From: Akkermansiaceae bacterium
GTDB lineage: Bacteria; Verrucomicrobiota; Verrucomicrobiia; Verrucomicrobiales; Akkermansiaceae
Assembly (NCBI GenBank): GCA_031382045.1
Contig: JANMYL010000118.1
Span: forward strand, 1-54,149
Length of the DNA: 54,149 bases
Direction: 5' to 3'
The notes under the pieces: generated by a model
Told to the model about the DNA's origin: nothing
Databases searched by the model: none
The model's input: only the letters and a program-made list of their open reading frames with translations
Position numbers and translations under genes: made by a program
Shown here: positions 42,381 through 52,475 of the stretch, in pieces
How the letters are laid out: each line of letters starts with the position of its first letter
Position numbering within the stretch: position 1 is the first letter of the stretch

Positions 42381-42871
42381 GAGATCAATTTTTGCCGCAA
42401 CCCAGCCACGCATTCTTTCCAGAAGGCAGCCTCCATGGCTTCGTAGCGCACGACATCTTCGGCGACTTGGGTGGTGAAAAGGATGTTGCTGGGTTCTGCT
42501 AACAAGTCTTCGTAGAGCGAGGTGAGGAGATAGGCGCGGATCTCATCGGGATCGGATAGGATGGCCGATGGATCTTCGCCGTGGGTTTCCGCTTCAAGAG
42601 CACGCAGGACGACATCCAGCGTGTTGGTATCGAAGAAAAAGTTCATTCTCAGGGCTGCCGTGCGATGCTCCTCAATGATGGCGAGCAGGCGTTTGACGAT
42701 GCGGCGGGCTTCGCCCTTGCGGTCGTGGATGTCCTGCGGCGGTTTTGCAGGTTCGAGTTCCGGCAGAGGGGAGACACCGCCTAGATCGAGTGACAGGCCG
42801 TTGGTTCCCGGTTCGGAAATGAGCAACCGACGCTTCGGCAGGGCGGGGATGTTAGGAGAAGGATTGTTCAT
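42377..42871 (-). CDS. Hypothetical protein
   Basis: Fills the gap in the operon; ATGA overlap with hisI. Confidence 0.75.
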   Translation of the reverse strand: MNNPSPNIPALPKRRLLISEPGTNGLSLDLGGVSPLPELEPAKPPQDIHDRKGEARRIVKRLLAIIEEHRTAALRMNFFFDTNTLDVVLRALEAETHGEDPSAILSDPDEIRAYLLTSLYEDLLAEPSNILFTTQVAEDVVRYEAMEAAFWKECVAGLRQKLIS

Positions 42872-42876
42872 CGGAT

Positions 42877-44070
42877 TTACGACCATTTTTGAAATGGATC
42901 CAACATCGAAGCCCAGCCTGATGGACCTCTGCGAAATTCCTCGTCCGTCAGGAGCGCATCATCGAGCATGGCCTCCAAAGTTGCGCGGTCGAGACCCTGG
43001 CCAATGAGCACGATTTCCTGCCGGCGGTCGCCCCACGGATTTTCCCAAGATCGTTCCAAGGCTTTGAGTGAATCGGGATCCGTAGGACGGTGTTCTTCGG
43101 GAATGGCCGCCCAGAAGTGCCCGGCACAACTGTTCCTCGCCACCGAACCGGCCTGGGACCAGAACCCGGCGTAATCGGGGCGGGACGCTAGCCAGAAAAT
43201 ACCTTTGGAACGAATGACCCCCGGCCATTCGCAGGAAAGGAGTTCGTGAAAGCGTGCAGGATGGAACGGCCGACGACGCTGATAGATAAAATTTGAGATG
43301 CCGTATTCCTCGGTCTCCGGCGTGTGGTGGACGAGGGAATCTAACCATCCTGGGGATTTTTCCGCATCGGCGAGCGAGTAGAGACCGGTGTTGAGAATCA
43401 GCGCGGGAGACACCTCGCCGTTCGTCGTTTCGATCACGCGGGCCTTGGGATTGAGCGAGCGGACCATGCCGGTCACGCGGGCGCGTTCATCGGGTGTGAC
43501 GCAGTCCACCTTGTTGACGACGATGACGTTGGCGAACTCGATCTGGTCGGTGAGGAGATCGACGATGCTGCGCTCGTCACTCTCGCCGATCTGCTGGTCG
43601 CGGTCTTTCAAACGCTCGTGGCTGCAATAGTCGCGGTGGAAATTCGGCGCATCGACGAGCGTGACCATGCAGTCGATCTGCGCGAGGCTGGAGAGTGAGA
43701 AGCCGTTCTCATCCTCGAAGGTGAAGGTTTCCGCGACAGACATCGGCTCGGAAACGCCGGTGGACTCGATCAACAGCGCGTCGAAGCGGCCTTCCTTCGC
43801 GAGGCGCGTGACTTCGATCATAAGGTCCTCTCGCAGCGTGCAGCAGATGCAGCCGTTGGACATTTCCACCATCTTTTCCTCGGTGTGGGAGAGTGCGGCC
43901 TCGCCCCGGCGGAGTGTTTCGGCATCCACGTTCACCTCGCTCATGTCGTTGACGATGACGGCGACTTTGAGGCCCGCGCGGTTGCGGAGGATGTGGTTGA
44001 GAAGCGTGGTTTTTCCGGCCCCGAGGAAGCCGGATAGAATGGTGACGGGAAGTTGACGGGTGGTATTCAT
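42877..44070 (-). CDS. COG0523 zinc metallochaperone GTPase (YciC/ZigA-like)
   Basis: [53 protein letters not shown]. Confidence 0.95.
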   Translation of the reverse strand: MNTTRQLPVTILSGFLGAGKTTLLNHILRNRAGLKVAVIVNDMSEVNVDAETLRRGEAALSHTEEKMVEMSNGCICCTLREDLMIEVTRLAKEGRFDALLIESTGVSEPMSVAETFTFEDENGFSLSSLAQIDCMVTLVDAPNFHRDYCSHERLKDRDQQIGESDERSIVDLLTDQIEFANVIVVNKVDCVTPDERARVTGMVRSLNPKARVIETTNGEVSPALILNTGLYSLADAEKSPGWLDSLVHHTPETEEYGISNFIYQRRRPFHPARFHELLSCEWPGVIRSKGIFWLASRPDYAGFWSQAGSVARNSCAGHFWAAIPEEHRPTDPDSLKALERSWENPWGDRRQEIVLIGQGLDRATLEAMLDDALLTDEEFRRGPSGWASMLDPFQKWS

Positions 44071-44091
44071 GTTAGAAAAATTTTTGGAGGA

Positions 44092-44301
44092 TTAGAGGGA
44101 AAGCTTATATGGGGAAACGCGGGCCAGTCCTTTGAGGGTAAATGCGTCGTTCGCCGCATTCAGGAAATCACTGAGAATGACGGAGAGCGCGCGCTGCCCA
44201 TCCGCCAGACGTGGCAGGAACTCGCGGATGAAAGTCATTTCCCCGGTTTCCAGGAAACCGGCGACGATCAGGACGGGAATGCGGTCTGAGGACGGGGTCA
44301 T
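44092..44301 (-). pseudogene. Truncated, degenerate COG0523 N-terminus (69 aa)
   Basis: RIPVLIVAGFLETGEMTFIREFLP: Walker A destroyed, early stop. Confidence 0.75.
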
Positions 44302-45137
44302 GCGTTGATTCCAAGTGGGCGGATGAGGTGAAATATCTGGCAGAGCGCCAGGGCGACGACGTGAACGAGGACGATGCAGGGGCCGGTGGGCAGATTGAAA
44401 GCGGCGGAGGCGGCGATGCCGATGGGTGGGGCGATGATACCTAACATCACAGCTCCTGCGATAAGTCCGCGAAAACCGGTGGAGGCGATGCGGGCGGCAG
44501 CGGCAGGCATGACGATGAGTGCGCTGAGGAGGAGTGCCCCGAGCATTTTCAGGCCGACGGCGACGGCGGCTGCGACTAGCAGCGAGAAAACGTAGTGGAG
44601 TAAAGCGGGCTGGAAACCGCGTGCGCGGGCTAGCTCGGGATCGAGGGTGGCGAGTGTGAGTGGGCGGAGTTGAGTGAGAAAAAATACGAGGACCACGGCA
44701 GTGAGAATGGCTTGACGAGCGATGTCGGCAGGGCCGTTGGCGTAAATGCTGCCGAAGAGAAGTCCCTCGATCATGCGGTGTTTCCCGAGCAGGGAAATAA
44801 GGATCACTCCTAGGGCGACGCTGCCGGTGAAGGTGAAAGCGGTGATGGTATCGCGAGAAAGTGGCGTGCGTTGGGAAAGCCAACTCATGCCGAGCGCGAG
44901 CAAGCAGGAAAAAATAAGGACATAGATCGTAGGATCGAGTTTCCAGCCAGTCCATGCATCGATCATGAAGCCAAGGGCAACGCCGGTGAGGGCGGAGTGG
45001 GCGAGTGCATCGCTGAAAAAAGCCATGCCTCGCAAGTTCACGAATACGCCTAGCAGGGCGCACGTGGGACCCAAGAGCAGCCCGGAAATCAGGGCGTAGC
45101 GCATGAAGTCATAGCGGAGTAGCTCGGTGAAATCCAT
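44298..45137 (-). CDS. znuB: Zn/Mn ABC transporter permease (ZnuB-like)
   Basis: MAFFSDALAHSALTGVA, LLFGSI, GALLLSALIVMPA. Confidence 0.9.
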   Translation of the reverse strand: MDFTELLRYDFMRYALISGLLLGPTCALLGVFVNLRGMAFFSDALAHSALTGVALGFMIDAWTGWKLDPTIYVLIFSCLLALGMSWLSQRTPLSRDTITAFTFTGSVALGVILISLLGKHRMIEGLLFGSIYANGPADIARQAILTAVVLVFFLTQLRPLTLATLDPELARARGFQPALLHYVFSLLVAAAVAVGLKMLGALLLSALIVMPAAAARIASTGFRGLIAGAVMLGIIAPPIGIAASAAFNLPTGPCIVLVHVVALALCQIFHLIRPLGINA

Positions 45138-45146
45138 GGCGGAGGG

Positions 45147-45800
45147 TCAGGCGACGGCAAGCAATGGCGCATGCAAGGTGATGCGGCGGGTGGCCAGGCC
45201 CTCGAGGAAGGATTCGTCATGGGATACGACGATGAGAGTGAGTGAGTGCTCCAAGTGGAGGTGGAGGAGGAGCTGCTTGAGGCTGGCAGCAGCGGCGGGA
45301 TCGAGGTGGCTAGATGGCTCATCTAGCAGGAGCAGGGCGGGGTCATCGAGCAGGGCGGCGGCGATGCGGACGCGCTGGAGTTCTCCGCCGGAGAGGGTGC
45401 CGAGCGGGCGATGGGCGAGTTGGCTGATACCTAGGCAATCGAGTTTCTCACAGATGCCGTGGCGGAGTTTGCGCGGGATACCGCCGATCCATGGGATGCG
45501 GCTGTGGCAGTTGATGGCAAGAAACTCGGAGGCGGTGAGTGGAAAATTTTTATCGATGGGCGCGTGTTGCGGGACGTAGCCCGGATTTTTTGCAAGGCGA
45601 TGGCGGTGAATGCTACCGGATGCGGAGCGGTGGATGCTGACGAGGGATTTGAGAAAAGTGGTTTTTCCACAGCCGTTCGGGCCGCTGATGCCTAACAACT
45701 CTCCGCGATGCAGGGTGCAGGAGAAATTTTCCAAGACCGCGCGAGTGCCGTAGAGCAGGGTGAGGGAGCGGACTTGAAGAAATGTTGAATCGGTGATCAT
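45147..45800 (-). CDS. znuC: Zn/Mn ABC transporter ATP-binding protein (ZnuC-like)
   Basis: GPNGCGKTT, GYVPQ, LSGGELQR, LLLDEP, VSHD. Confidence 0.9.
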   Translation of the reverse strand: MITDSTFLQVRSLTLLYGTRAVLENFSCTLHRGELLGISGPNGCGKTTFLKSLVSIHRSASGSIHRHRLAKNPGYVPQHAPIDKNFPLTASEFLAINCHSRIPWIGGIPRKLRHGICEKLDCLGISQLAHRPLGTLSGGELQRVRIAAALLDDPALLLLDEPSSHLDPAAAASLKQLLLHLHLEHSLTLIVVSHDESFLEGLATRRITLHAPLLAVA

Positions 45801-46708
45801 GGGGTGAAAGCAACACGCAGGGCTTCGAGGTTTTTTCTCATGCCGGTGAGGTAGGCTTCGGGGCCGAGTGCGCCGACTTCAAGGGTGTCGAGCATGGAAA
45901 ATCTGGCTCCGGTGTCGGTGGCGATGCGCCGGAGGAGCGCGGACTCGTAGCTCGCCTCGGCGAACAGGACTTTGACCTGCTTCTCGCGAATGCTATTAAT
46001 GAGGGCTGCGAGTTCTGCGGGGGAGGGATCGCGTTCGGGAAATTGGGAGAGGTAGCCGATCGTTTCGAGGCCGTAGCGCTGGGCGAGATAGGGGAAGGCG
46101 TCGTGGAAGGTGATGAGTTTTTTGAAGGGCAACGGGCCGAGGATGCGTTGGTAATCGGCATCAAGGAGGAGGAGTTTGGCGATGTAGTTGGCGGTATTTT
46201 GCTGATAAATCGCAGAACCATCGGGATCGGCGGCTATGAGGGCGTCGCGGAGGGTTTCCACTTGTTGGATGGCGATGACGGGATCTAGCCAGAGGTGAGG
46301 ATTGGGCTCGCTGGCGTGGTGATGGGGCTCGCCATGAAGGGCTTGCTGGGTGGTGAGGAGTTCAATGTTTGAGGAGAGGTCGACTTTTCTTAGGTTTTTT
46401 TTGGCGGCTTGCTGGATGAGGTCATCGAGCCATGGTTCCATGCCGGCGCCATTGAGGACGAGGACATCGGCTTGTGCGATACGCTGCATATCGCGGGGGC
46501 ATGGTGAGAAATCGTGTGGGCCGATGTTGCCGGCGATGAGGGATTCTACAACGGCACGGTCGCCAGCGATGGCGGCGGCATGGGCGTGGATGGGCAGAAA
46601 GGTGGCGAGAACTTGCAGCTTCCCGGATGGGGCGGATGTTTCAGATCTGGGCGTGGGTTTGCAGGCGGCGAAAAAAATGATGAGCGGGAGAAGGAAATTT
46701 TTTTTCAT
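45797..46708 (-). CDS. znuA: Zn ABC transporter substrate-binding lipoprotein (ZnuA/AdcA-like)
   Basis: Lipobox FAAC; GPHDF, His-rich HGEPHHH, PHLWLDP, FHDAFPY. Confidence 0.9.
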   Translation of the reverse strand: MKKNFLLPLIIFFAACKPTPRSETSAPSGKLQVLATFLPIHAHAAAIAGDRAVVESLIAGNIGPHDFSPCPRDMQRIAQADVLVLNGAGMEPWLDDLIQQAAKKNLRKVDLSSNIELLTTQQALHGEPHHHASEPNPHLWLDPVIAIQQVETLRDALIAADPDGSAIYQQNTANYIAKLLLLDADYQRILGPLPFKKLITFHDAFPYLAQRYGLETIGYLSQFPERDPSPAELAALINSIREKQVKVLFAEASYESALLRRIATDTGARFSMLDTLEVGALGPEAYLTGMRKNLEALRVAFTP

Positions 46709-47799
46709 AAGCTAACAGAGGGATCAAGGCTGTGGACGGCGACGCGGCCCGAGGCAGTGCCGTAGGCGAGGTGGAGGCCATCAGGCGACCAGCGAACCGT
46801 GGTGATTTCACTTTCTTCCCGGGCGATGAGGGCGGCGCTGTCTGAGTGGTGCGGCAGCCAGAGAAGGACTAAGCCATCCCTCCCGCCGCTGGTGAGGTGC
46901 TGTCCGTGTGCGGGGAAATCAAGGGCGCTGACTTCCTTGAGGTGGCCGAAGAGTTGGATGGGCTTTGAACCGCGCGGGCCGTTTTTTCCAAAGCAAGACC
47001 AGACGGTGATGACGGGGCCGCCGCCGAGAGCGAGCCATGGCAGGTCTTTGGTGCCGCCGGTTTGCCAGGCAAAGGCTTTGATCTTGGTCGCGAAGCCTTG
47101 GATGAAAAGTGGATCGCGTTTTTTCGTGTCGTAGAGATGGACTGAGGGTGTTTGATCGCCACTGACGATCCAGCGTCCATCTGGACTCCAAGTGAGCGAC
47201 TGTGCAGCCACGCCATCGTCGATGCGGGCGAAGGGTTTGGCTTCACCAAGACGCCAAAGGTGGGTGCCACGGTTGTCCGCAGTGGCGAGTTGGTCCCGCA
47301 GCTTGGGATGCCAAACTAGATCGGTGACGGTGGAGGTATGGTCCGTGATCGTGCAAATCGTCTCCAGTGTGGCGGTGGCGATGACGTGAACTGTCTTACC
47401 AACAGCGAGGGCGATGAGTGAGCCATCGGCATTCCACGCGCAGCGCTCGGACCAGCTGCGAGGGAGCTGGAGTTCCCGAGAGGTCGTGGCGGCGATGTCG
47501 TGAATACGAAGGACGCCGTCTTGACCGAAGCTAGCAAGGGAGCAGTCGCGCGGGTGCCAAGCGATGCTGCCATTGCCCCCACGGTGGGATGGAAGCTCGA
47601 TGATTTTATTTTTAATTAAGTCAAAAAGCTGAAGTCCGCCGGTGCTGGGGAGCGCGGCGAGGTGGCTACCATCGGCCGACCAGCGGAGGTCGAGCACGTA
47701 ATCGGCAAGGTCTGCGTTCCAGTTGAGGGGCAGGAGATCGGCGGCAGAATTGATTTCAATTTCCTCACCCAGCTCATCAGAATTCGTTAGGCGAGGCAT
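46705..47799 (-). CDS. WD40 beta-propeller protein
   Basis: Repeated WSADG/WHP/WSPDG units; ATG 47799 overlaps the upstream GTPase gene. Confidence 0.9.
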   Translation of the reverse strand: MPRLTNSDELGEEIEINSAADLLPLNWNADLADYVLDLRWSADGSHLAALPSTGGLQLFDLIKNKIIELPSHRGGNGSIAWHPRDCSLASFGQDGVLRIHDIAATTSRELQLPRSWSERCAWNADGSLIALAVGKTVHVIATATLETICTITDHTSTVTDLVWHPKLRDQLATADNRGTHLWRLGEAKPFARIDDGVAAQSLTWSPDGRWIVSGDQTPSVHLYDTKKRDPLFIQGFATKIKAFAWQTGGTKDLPWLALGGGPVITVWSCFGKNGPRGSKPIQLFGHLKEVSALDFPAHGQHLTSGGRDGLVLLWLPHHSDSAALIAREESEITTVRWSPDGLHLAYGTASGRVAVHSLDPSVSL

Positions 47800-49124
47800 T
47801 TGCGGAAGGATTGGTTGAGTTCTTCCCGGTCGAGATTGCGCCCGATGAAGACGAGGCTGGTGCGACGTGGTTTGTTCCCCCACGGGCCACCGTCGGCGGA
47901 ATCAAGCAGCATGTGGACGCCCTGGAAGATAAAGCGGTTCGGGTCGCCTTTGATGGCGAAGACGCCTTTCATGCGGTAGATGTCTGTGCCGCGCTCGCGA
48001 AGGATTTTTGAGAGCCAAGCGTCGAGTTTTTTTCGATCGCACTCACCATCGGCCTCGATACCGACGGAACTAACGGCTTCGTCATGGGTGTGGTCCGGCT
48101 TGTAAGAGGCGGCGGTGACAGCGTGGAGTTCGCCGGATGCTGAGAGGAAACGCAGGCCGAGTTCTTCTGGGTAGTGCTGGGTGAAAATGGCAAGTGGACC
48201 GGCGGTTTCAACCAGGCAGGTCCAGCGAGTGGGGCCAGCTTGCAGGATGAGGTCATGAGCATTTCCATCAGCAGTTAAGGCGCTTCCGCTGGGTGCTGGG
48301 GTGGCATCTTGGGAAAAGGCGCGAACAGCTATTTCACGCGCGGTGGCAAGCGATTCGTCACTGGTGTCGTTTACCGGGATGATGACGGTGGTCATGGAAG
48401 GGTCGGGATTTTCCGATGCCTCGAAGGTGAGTGTGCCAGCGGGGACTTGAAGGATGCCGCCCCACTCGAAGGGGTATTCGGGATCGAGGAAACGAGGATC
48501 GATGCCGATGGCGCGATCAAGATTGAAACCACCGATGTCGAGCACGGTGGCGATAGGAATACTCGCATTCTGGCAGCGGTGGACTTTAGCAACGCCGTTC
48601 ATGGCCCGGATACGGGCTTTGAGCGCATTGAGATCGGTGGGGGTGGCGAGGTCGGTTTTATTCAGCAGAATGACATCCGCGAATGCTATCTGGCGGACGG
48701 CCTCGTCGCAGGAGTCGAGGTGGAGCTGGATGTGGCGGGCATCGACGAGTGTGACGATGGCGTTGAGGGTAAGTTTTTCCTTCATTTCGTCATCGACGAA
48801 GAAGGTCTGTATGACGGGCCCGGGATCAGCGAGCCCGTTGGTTTCTATCAGGATGTGATCGAACTGTGCACGGCGTTTTATCAGGCTGCTGATGATTCGG
48901 ATGAGGTCACCACGGACGGTGCAGCAGATGCAGCCGTTGTTCATTTCGAATATTTCTTCGTCCGCGTTGACGACGAGATCATGGTCAATGCCGACTTCGC
49001 CAAATTCATTTTCGATCACCGCGATGCGGAGGCCGTGGTTTTCGGTCAAGATGCGGTTGAGCAAGGTAGTTTTACCGGAGCCGAGGAATCCGGTGAGGAC
49101 AGTGACAGGGAGCTTGGAGGTCAT
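47787..49124 (-). CDS. COG0523 GTPase with an internal ~125 aa extra domain
   Basis: [44 protein letters not shown]. Confidence 0.95.
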   Translation of the reverse strand: MTSKLPVTVLTGFLGSGKTTLLNRILTENHGLRIAVIENEFGEVGIDHDLVVNADEEIFEMNNGCICCTVRGDLIRIISSLIKRRAQFDHILIETNGLADPGPVIQTFFVDDEMKEKLTLNAIVTLVDARHIQLHLDSCDEAVRQIAFADVILLNKTDLATPTDLNALKARIRAMNGVAKVHRCQNASIPIATVLDIGGFNLDRAIGIDPRFLDPEYPFEWGGILQVPAGTLTFEASENPDPSMTTVIIPVNDTSDESLATAREIAVRAFSQDATPAPSGSALTADGNAHDLILQAGPTRWTCLVETAGPLAIFTQHYPEELGLRFLSASGELHAVTAASYKPDHTHDEAVSSVGIEADGECDRKKLDAWLSKILRERGTDIYRMKGVFAIKGDPNRFIFQGVHMLLDSADGGPWGNKPRRTSLVFIGRNLDREELNQSFRKCLA

Positions 49125-49684
49125 GATATGAGAAGTTGTTTGGGTCTTGGAGGTAGTGAAGTGGTGGCGAGTTCCCACCAACGAAGGGCGAGCTCAGGCG
49201 GAAGCCACGGCTTTCCTTTCGGCAGGCGTTTGAGAGCGCGCCAACACCCGCTACGCCAGTCCGCACCATGGTTTTGGGTGATCCATTGCTCGTATCCGAC
49301 GAGCCAGTGAAGAAATGGCTGGAAGGCAGACCATCGCTCATCTGGTGAGCCGCCGCAGCCATGTTCACGACCGGGAATCGGCGGATGATCCCCGTTCCAA
49401 GAATCAATGCGCGCACGATCCCGTGAAAAAATACAGCCGTTTCCCCGACGATCCGGTGTCCAAGAAGCGACCGCTCCATGAAGCTCGATTAAGCCGTTTT
49501 CCCATGACATCGAATAGCAACTGGTGCCTTTAAGTCCTGATGAGGGCGCGCGCCTCATCCCGAACCGGACTAGAGCATTTCCTTCTGGATGGCGGACATC
49601 ATGGCCCCAAAATACCATTTGCTGGGTCAATCCACGAGCAGCGTCATTCAGAGAAATCAAAGATTTTTGCGTTGTCGCCGGCAC
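49121..49684 (-). CDS. Trp-rich hypothetical protein, first gene of the operon
   Basis: GTG start 17 nt after the operator motif; ATGA overlap with the GTPase gene. Confidence 0.75.
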   Translation of the reverse strand: MPATTQKSLISLNDAARGLTQQMVFWGHDVRHPEGNALVRFGMRRAPSSGLKGTSCYSMSWENGLIELHGAVASWTPDRRGNGCIFSRDRARIDSWNGDHPPIPGREHGCGGSPDERWSAFQPFLHWLVGYEQWITQNHGADWRSGCWRALKRLPKGKPWLPPELALRWWELATTSLPPRPKQLLIS

Positions 49685-49700
49685 GTCGGAAAAGTGCTAA

Positions 49701-49718
49701 AACGCAATTTATATGCAA
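49701..49718 (-). promoter_or_regulatory. Putative Zur-type operator upstream of the 14 kb operon
   Basis: Minus strand TTGCA-TATAAA-TTGCGTT, matching 33258-33275. Confidence 0.6.
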
Positions 49719-49981
49719 TACATTTTTAATGTTTTTGCAAATAAATAACGTTTTAAAGTATTTTCCTAAACCGTAATTTTTTGGCGGATTCGCACAAATT
49801 TTTCAGGGCATACGCATCTAAATTGAGATTCTTTGATGAAAAAATGATGCTTTAGAAATACATCGAGATTTTTTACCGATGACCAAATTGCAAAAGAACA
49901 ATGACTCGGCAGTATCTCAAGCTTCACAATGCCACTCCAGTCACGACACCTTTTATCGCGTTCACCATCCACTTGACGGCC

Positions 49982-50761
49982 TTACCATCTTCCGAGCACC
50001 GCCGCGACCGTAAGTGCTGTCGGTTCGCCGTTGCGGATGAGCTTTTTTCCGACGAGCGCTTGAGGGAAAACCGCTTCGAGGCAGGGCGAGTCCGCCGCCG
50101 CACTGGCGAGGACGGGTCGAGCGGGAATGGAGATCAAGCCATGGCAGATTTTACCACCCCAGGGATCGATGTAGGTCACTGGAAATGAGTGGGGATTTTT
50201 ATCCAGATTCCCGGGAACTGAGGTGATAGTGACGAAATGGGCATCCAGCACGACCCACGCCGGTGGGTTTTTATCTTGGCGACGCAACGCGTAGCGACGG
50301 AGGCTGATGATGGGCGGCAGGCCTTTGGCCAGCGAAGTTTCAAACCGCGAGTGGACGCGGCGGAGGAGTTTTTCCTGATTCTCGCTCGGCTTCAGAAATA
50401 GGACTTCCTCGCTCATCAGCGGCAGGAAATGGCCGCGTGTTAGTTCGTTTGCGATGTCGTGGAGATCGGCGAGATTTACGCCCTTTCGCGACCAGCGCGG
50501 GCGGCCCTTGATCGAGTGGGACGGCCGCATGCCGGACTCGCGGATGATGGTGTAAATCCGTTGTTTGTCGGTGTCGCCCGCGATGGCGTTCGCCGCGCGC
50601 TGCCAGTCGGGATTGCCAAAGCGGAAGGCATTTAACAATGCGGTGGGACCGCAGGCATTACCCGCGACGACGAGCTGATCCGCAGGCACCGGAGCGGCGC
50701 CGTCAGCCAATGCCGGCAGGCAAAGAGCGAGCCAGATACTACTTGCTGCGCGCCGGAACAT
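49982..50761 (-). CDS. Secreted papain-fold (C39-like) cysteine peptidase candidate
   Basis: Signal peptide; NACGPTALLN (Cys), AHFVTI (His), YIDPW (Asp). Confidence 0.65.
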   Translation of the reverse strand: MFRRAASSIWLALCLPALADGAAPVPADQLVVAGNACGPTALLNAFRFGNPDWQRAANAIAGDTDKQRIYTIIRESGMRPSHSIKGRPRWSRKGVNLADLHDIANELTRGHFLPLMSEEVLFLKPSENQEKLLRRVHSRFETSLAKGLPPIISLRRYALRRQDKNPPAWVVLDAHFVTITSVPGNLDKNPHSFPVTYIDPWGGKICHGLISIPARPVLASAAADSPCLEAVFPQALVGKKLIRNGEPTALTVAAVLGRW

Positions 50762-52358
50762 AAGTTTCGACACGGCTGTCGTTAGAAGGGAGAGCATCCG
50801 TGCGACCACCGGATAGTTTAACCACAGAATTGTAGCTCATTTCCGAGCTTGTTGGCTGTGAGATGGGAACCCGAACTGCCTGCACCCCGTTGACAGGAAG
50901 CGAGGTTATATTGGAAGTGACAACGCCCGCCGGAGTGGTGATCCGCAGGCTGGTGTTGATCAAAGTTTCAGTGCCCCGGTTTTGCACCAACACCTCCAAC
51001 TGGCCGTAAGGATTTCCCGCGCTGGGCGGCATGATGCGCTGCGATGCCACGGCAGCGTCATAAATACCGGGTGTTCTCGCATTCTGGACGCGTCCGAGAG
51101 CGGGCATCCCAGCCCCCAGAGCCGGATCTTTCCCGAGTTCCCCGCCGTCGTTGAGATAGGAGAAAAGGACATCTGCCGCCTGCTGCATCGTGAGATTTTC
51201 ATTTCCGGGCCAACTCTTCACCGCCGCGATCGCGCCACCCACGATCGGAGTGCTGAATGACGTGCCGCTCACTCTGGCCGCTTGGTCGCCGGTCCACGCG
51301 GCGTTCACCCCGAAACCCGGTGCCGAGATATCGACCTCCGCACCGGTGTTGGAGAAATTCATTGGATTGCCCTTAGCATCCACCGCGCCCACCGTAATCA
51401 CCCCCTTGTTCGCGCCCGGATAAGAAACTTGTTCGCTTCCGTTATTTCCCGCAGCCGCTACGATCAGCGCTCCGGCCGCTTGGGCATGCTCGATGGCATT
51501 TCTGACCAACGGACTGTCGGCATTGCTACCCATTGCAATAATGATGATTATTGGTGGCTTCGCATCGACTGCGGCGAGGATGCCCTGCGCGAGCAAATAA
51601 CTATCAGATTGGCCGAGATCATTGGCGATCCTGAATGAAAGGATTTCCGCACCCGGTGCGACGCCGGGAGTCAACGGGTTTTGCCCGATGATCATGGATG
51701 CCACGGCGGTCCCGTGGCCGTTCTGTTGGGAGAGATCGGCGGGGAGATCGACCAAATTAACGGAGGAAATCTTGCTGCCAAAAGCCGAGCTGGCCGTCAC
51801 CCCGGTATCCAAAATCGCGATCCGGACGCCCTTGCCCCAAGTGGAATTGTCCCCCGTGATGCCGAGCCAATCGAGTAAACCATCGCCCAATGCCACCGCG
51901 CCCGGCTGCGCAGTTCCATCGCCAGGCTTGGGAATGGACACGGGAAAAATGAATGAAGCCTCTGCCTCACCATCGAGCAATCCCGCGAGATCATCGGGGT
52001 TAGAAAACCCGAGACGTAGAGCATTTAGCGCGTCTAGCCGACCCATCAAATGGATCTTGTTTCCTGCTCGTTTCAGGAAACTTTCAAGTGCGGCCTGATT
52101 TTTGAAAACCACAATCCGCTGCCCTGATATCGCGCCAACTTCCAGGGCAGCATCATCCCGGGGAGATACTGCTGGCCGCTCACTGCTGCGGAATTTCAGA
52201 GCTGGCTCATCGGCGATGATTTTTCGCTTCGGCTCCGTTTGCAATTTTGGAAGATCCTTCCGCGCGGGTTGAGCGGGGACCGCAGTGCCCGCCAGCCAAT
52301 ATCCCAGCACGGCGACTGCCACGAAACCGAAAATTAATAATGAACCGCGAAGACGCAT
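50739..52358 (-). CDS. Membrane-anchored S8 serine peptidase, paralog of 19983-21611
   Basis: ILDTG, HGTAVAS, SGTSFSTP; shared LLxWLGITxDNSxWGxGV and VQNRGTExLxNT. Confidence 0.92.
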   Translation of the reverse strand: MRLRGSLLIFGFVAVAVLGYWLAGTAVPAQPARKDLPKLQTEPKRKIIADEPALKFRSSERPAVSPRDDAALEVGAISGQRIVVFKNQAALESFLKRAGNKIHLMGRLDALNALRLGFSNPDDLAGLLDGEAEASFIFPVSIPKPGDGTAQPGAVALGDGLLDWLGITGDNSTWGKGVRIAILDTGVTASSAFGSKISSVNLVDLPADLSQQNGHGTAVASMIIGQNPLTPGVAPGAEILSFRIANDLGQSDSYLLAQGILAAVDAKPPIIIIIAMGSNADSPLVRNAIEHAQAAGALIVAAAGNNGSEQVSYPGANKGVITVGAVDAKGNPMNFSNTGAEVDISAPGFGVNAAWTGDQAARVSGTSFSTPIVGGAIAAVKSWPGNENLTMQQAADVLFSYLNDGGELGKDPALGAGMPALGRVQNARTPGIYDAAVASQRIMPPSAGNPYGQLEVLVQNRGTETLINTSLRITTPAGVVTSNITSLPVNGVQAVRVPISQPTSSEMSYNSVVKLSGGRTDALPSNDSRVETYVPARSK

Positions 52359-52475
52359 AAGCTAAATAAACGCCGAAAATCGTAAAACGGCAGAAAAAAC
52401 TTCAATCCTCGACGGAAAAGGGTCGCAGCGGATTTCAGGTGGCATCCCTGTGGCATCTGTTGCATAGCATCCTGC

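Noticed and set aside
44092-45063. 323 aa Arg/His-rich ORF
   Set aside because: Alternate frame of znuB; only the last 69 codons (COG0523 stub) are meaningful.
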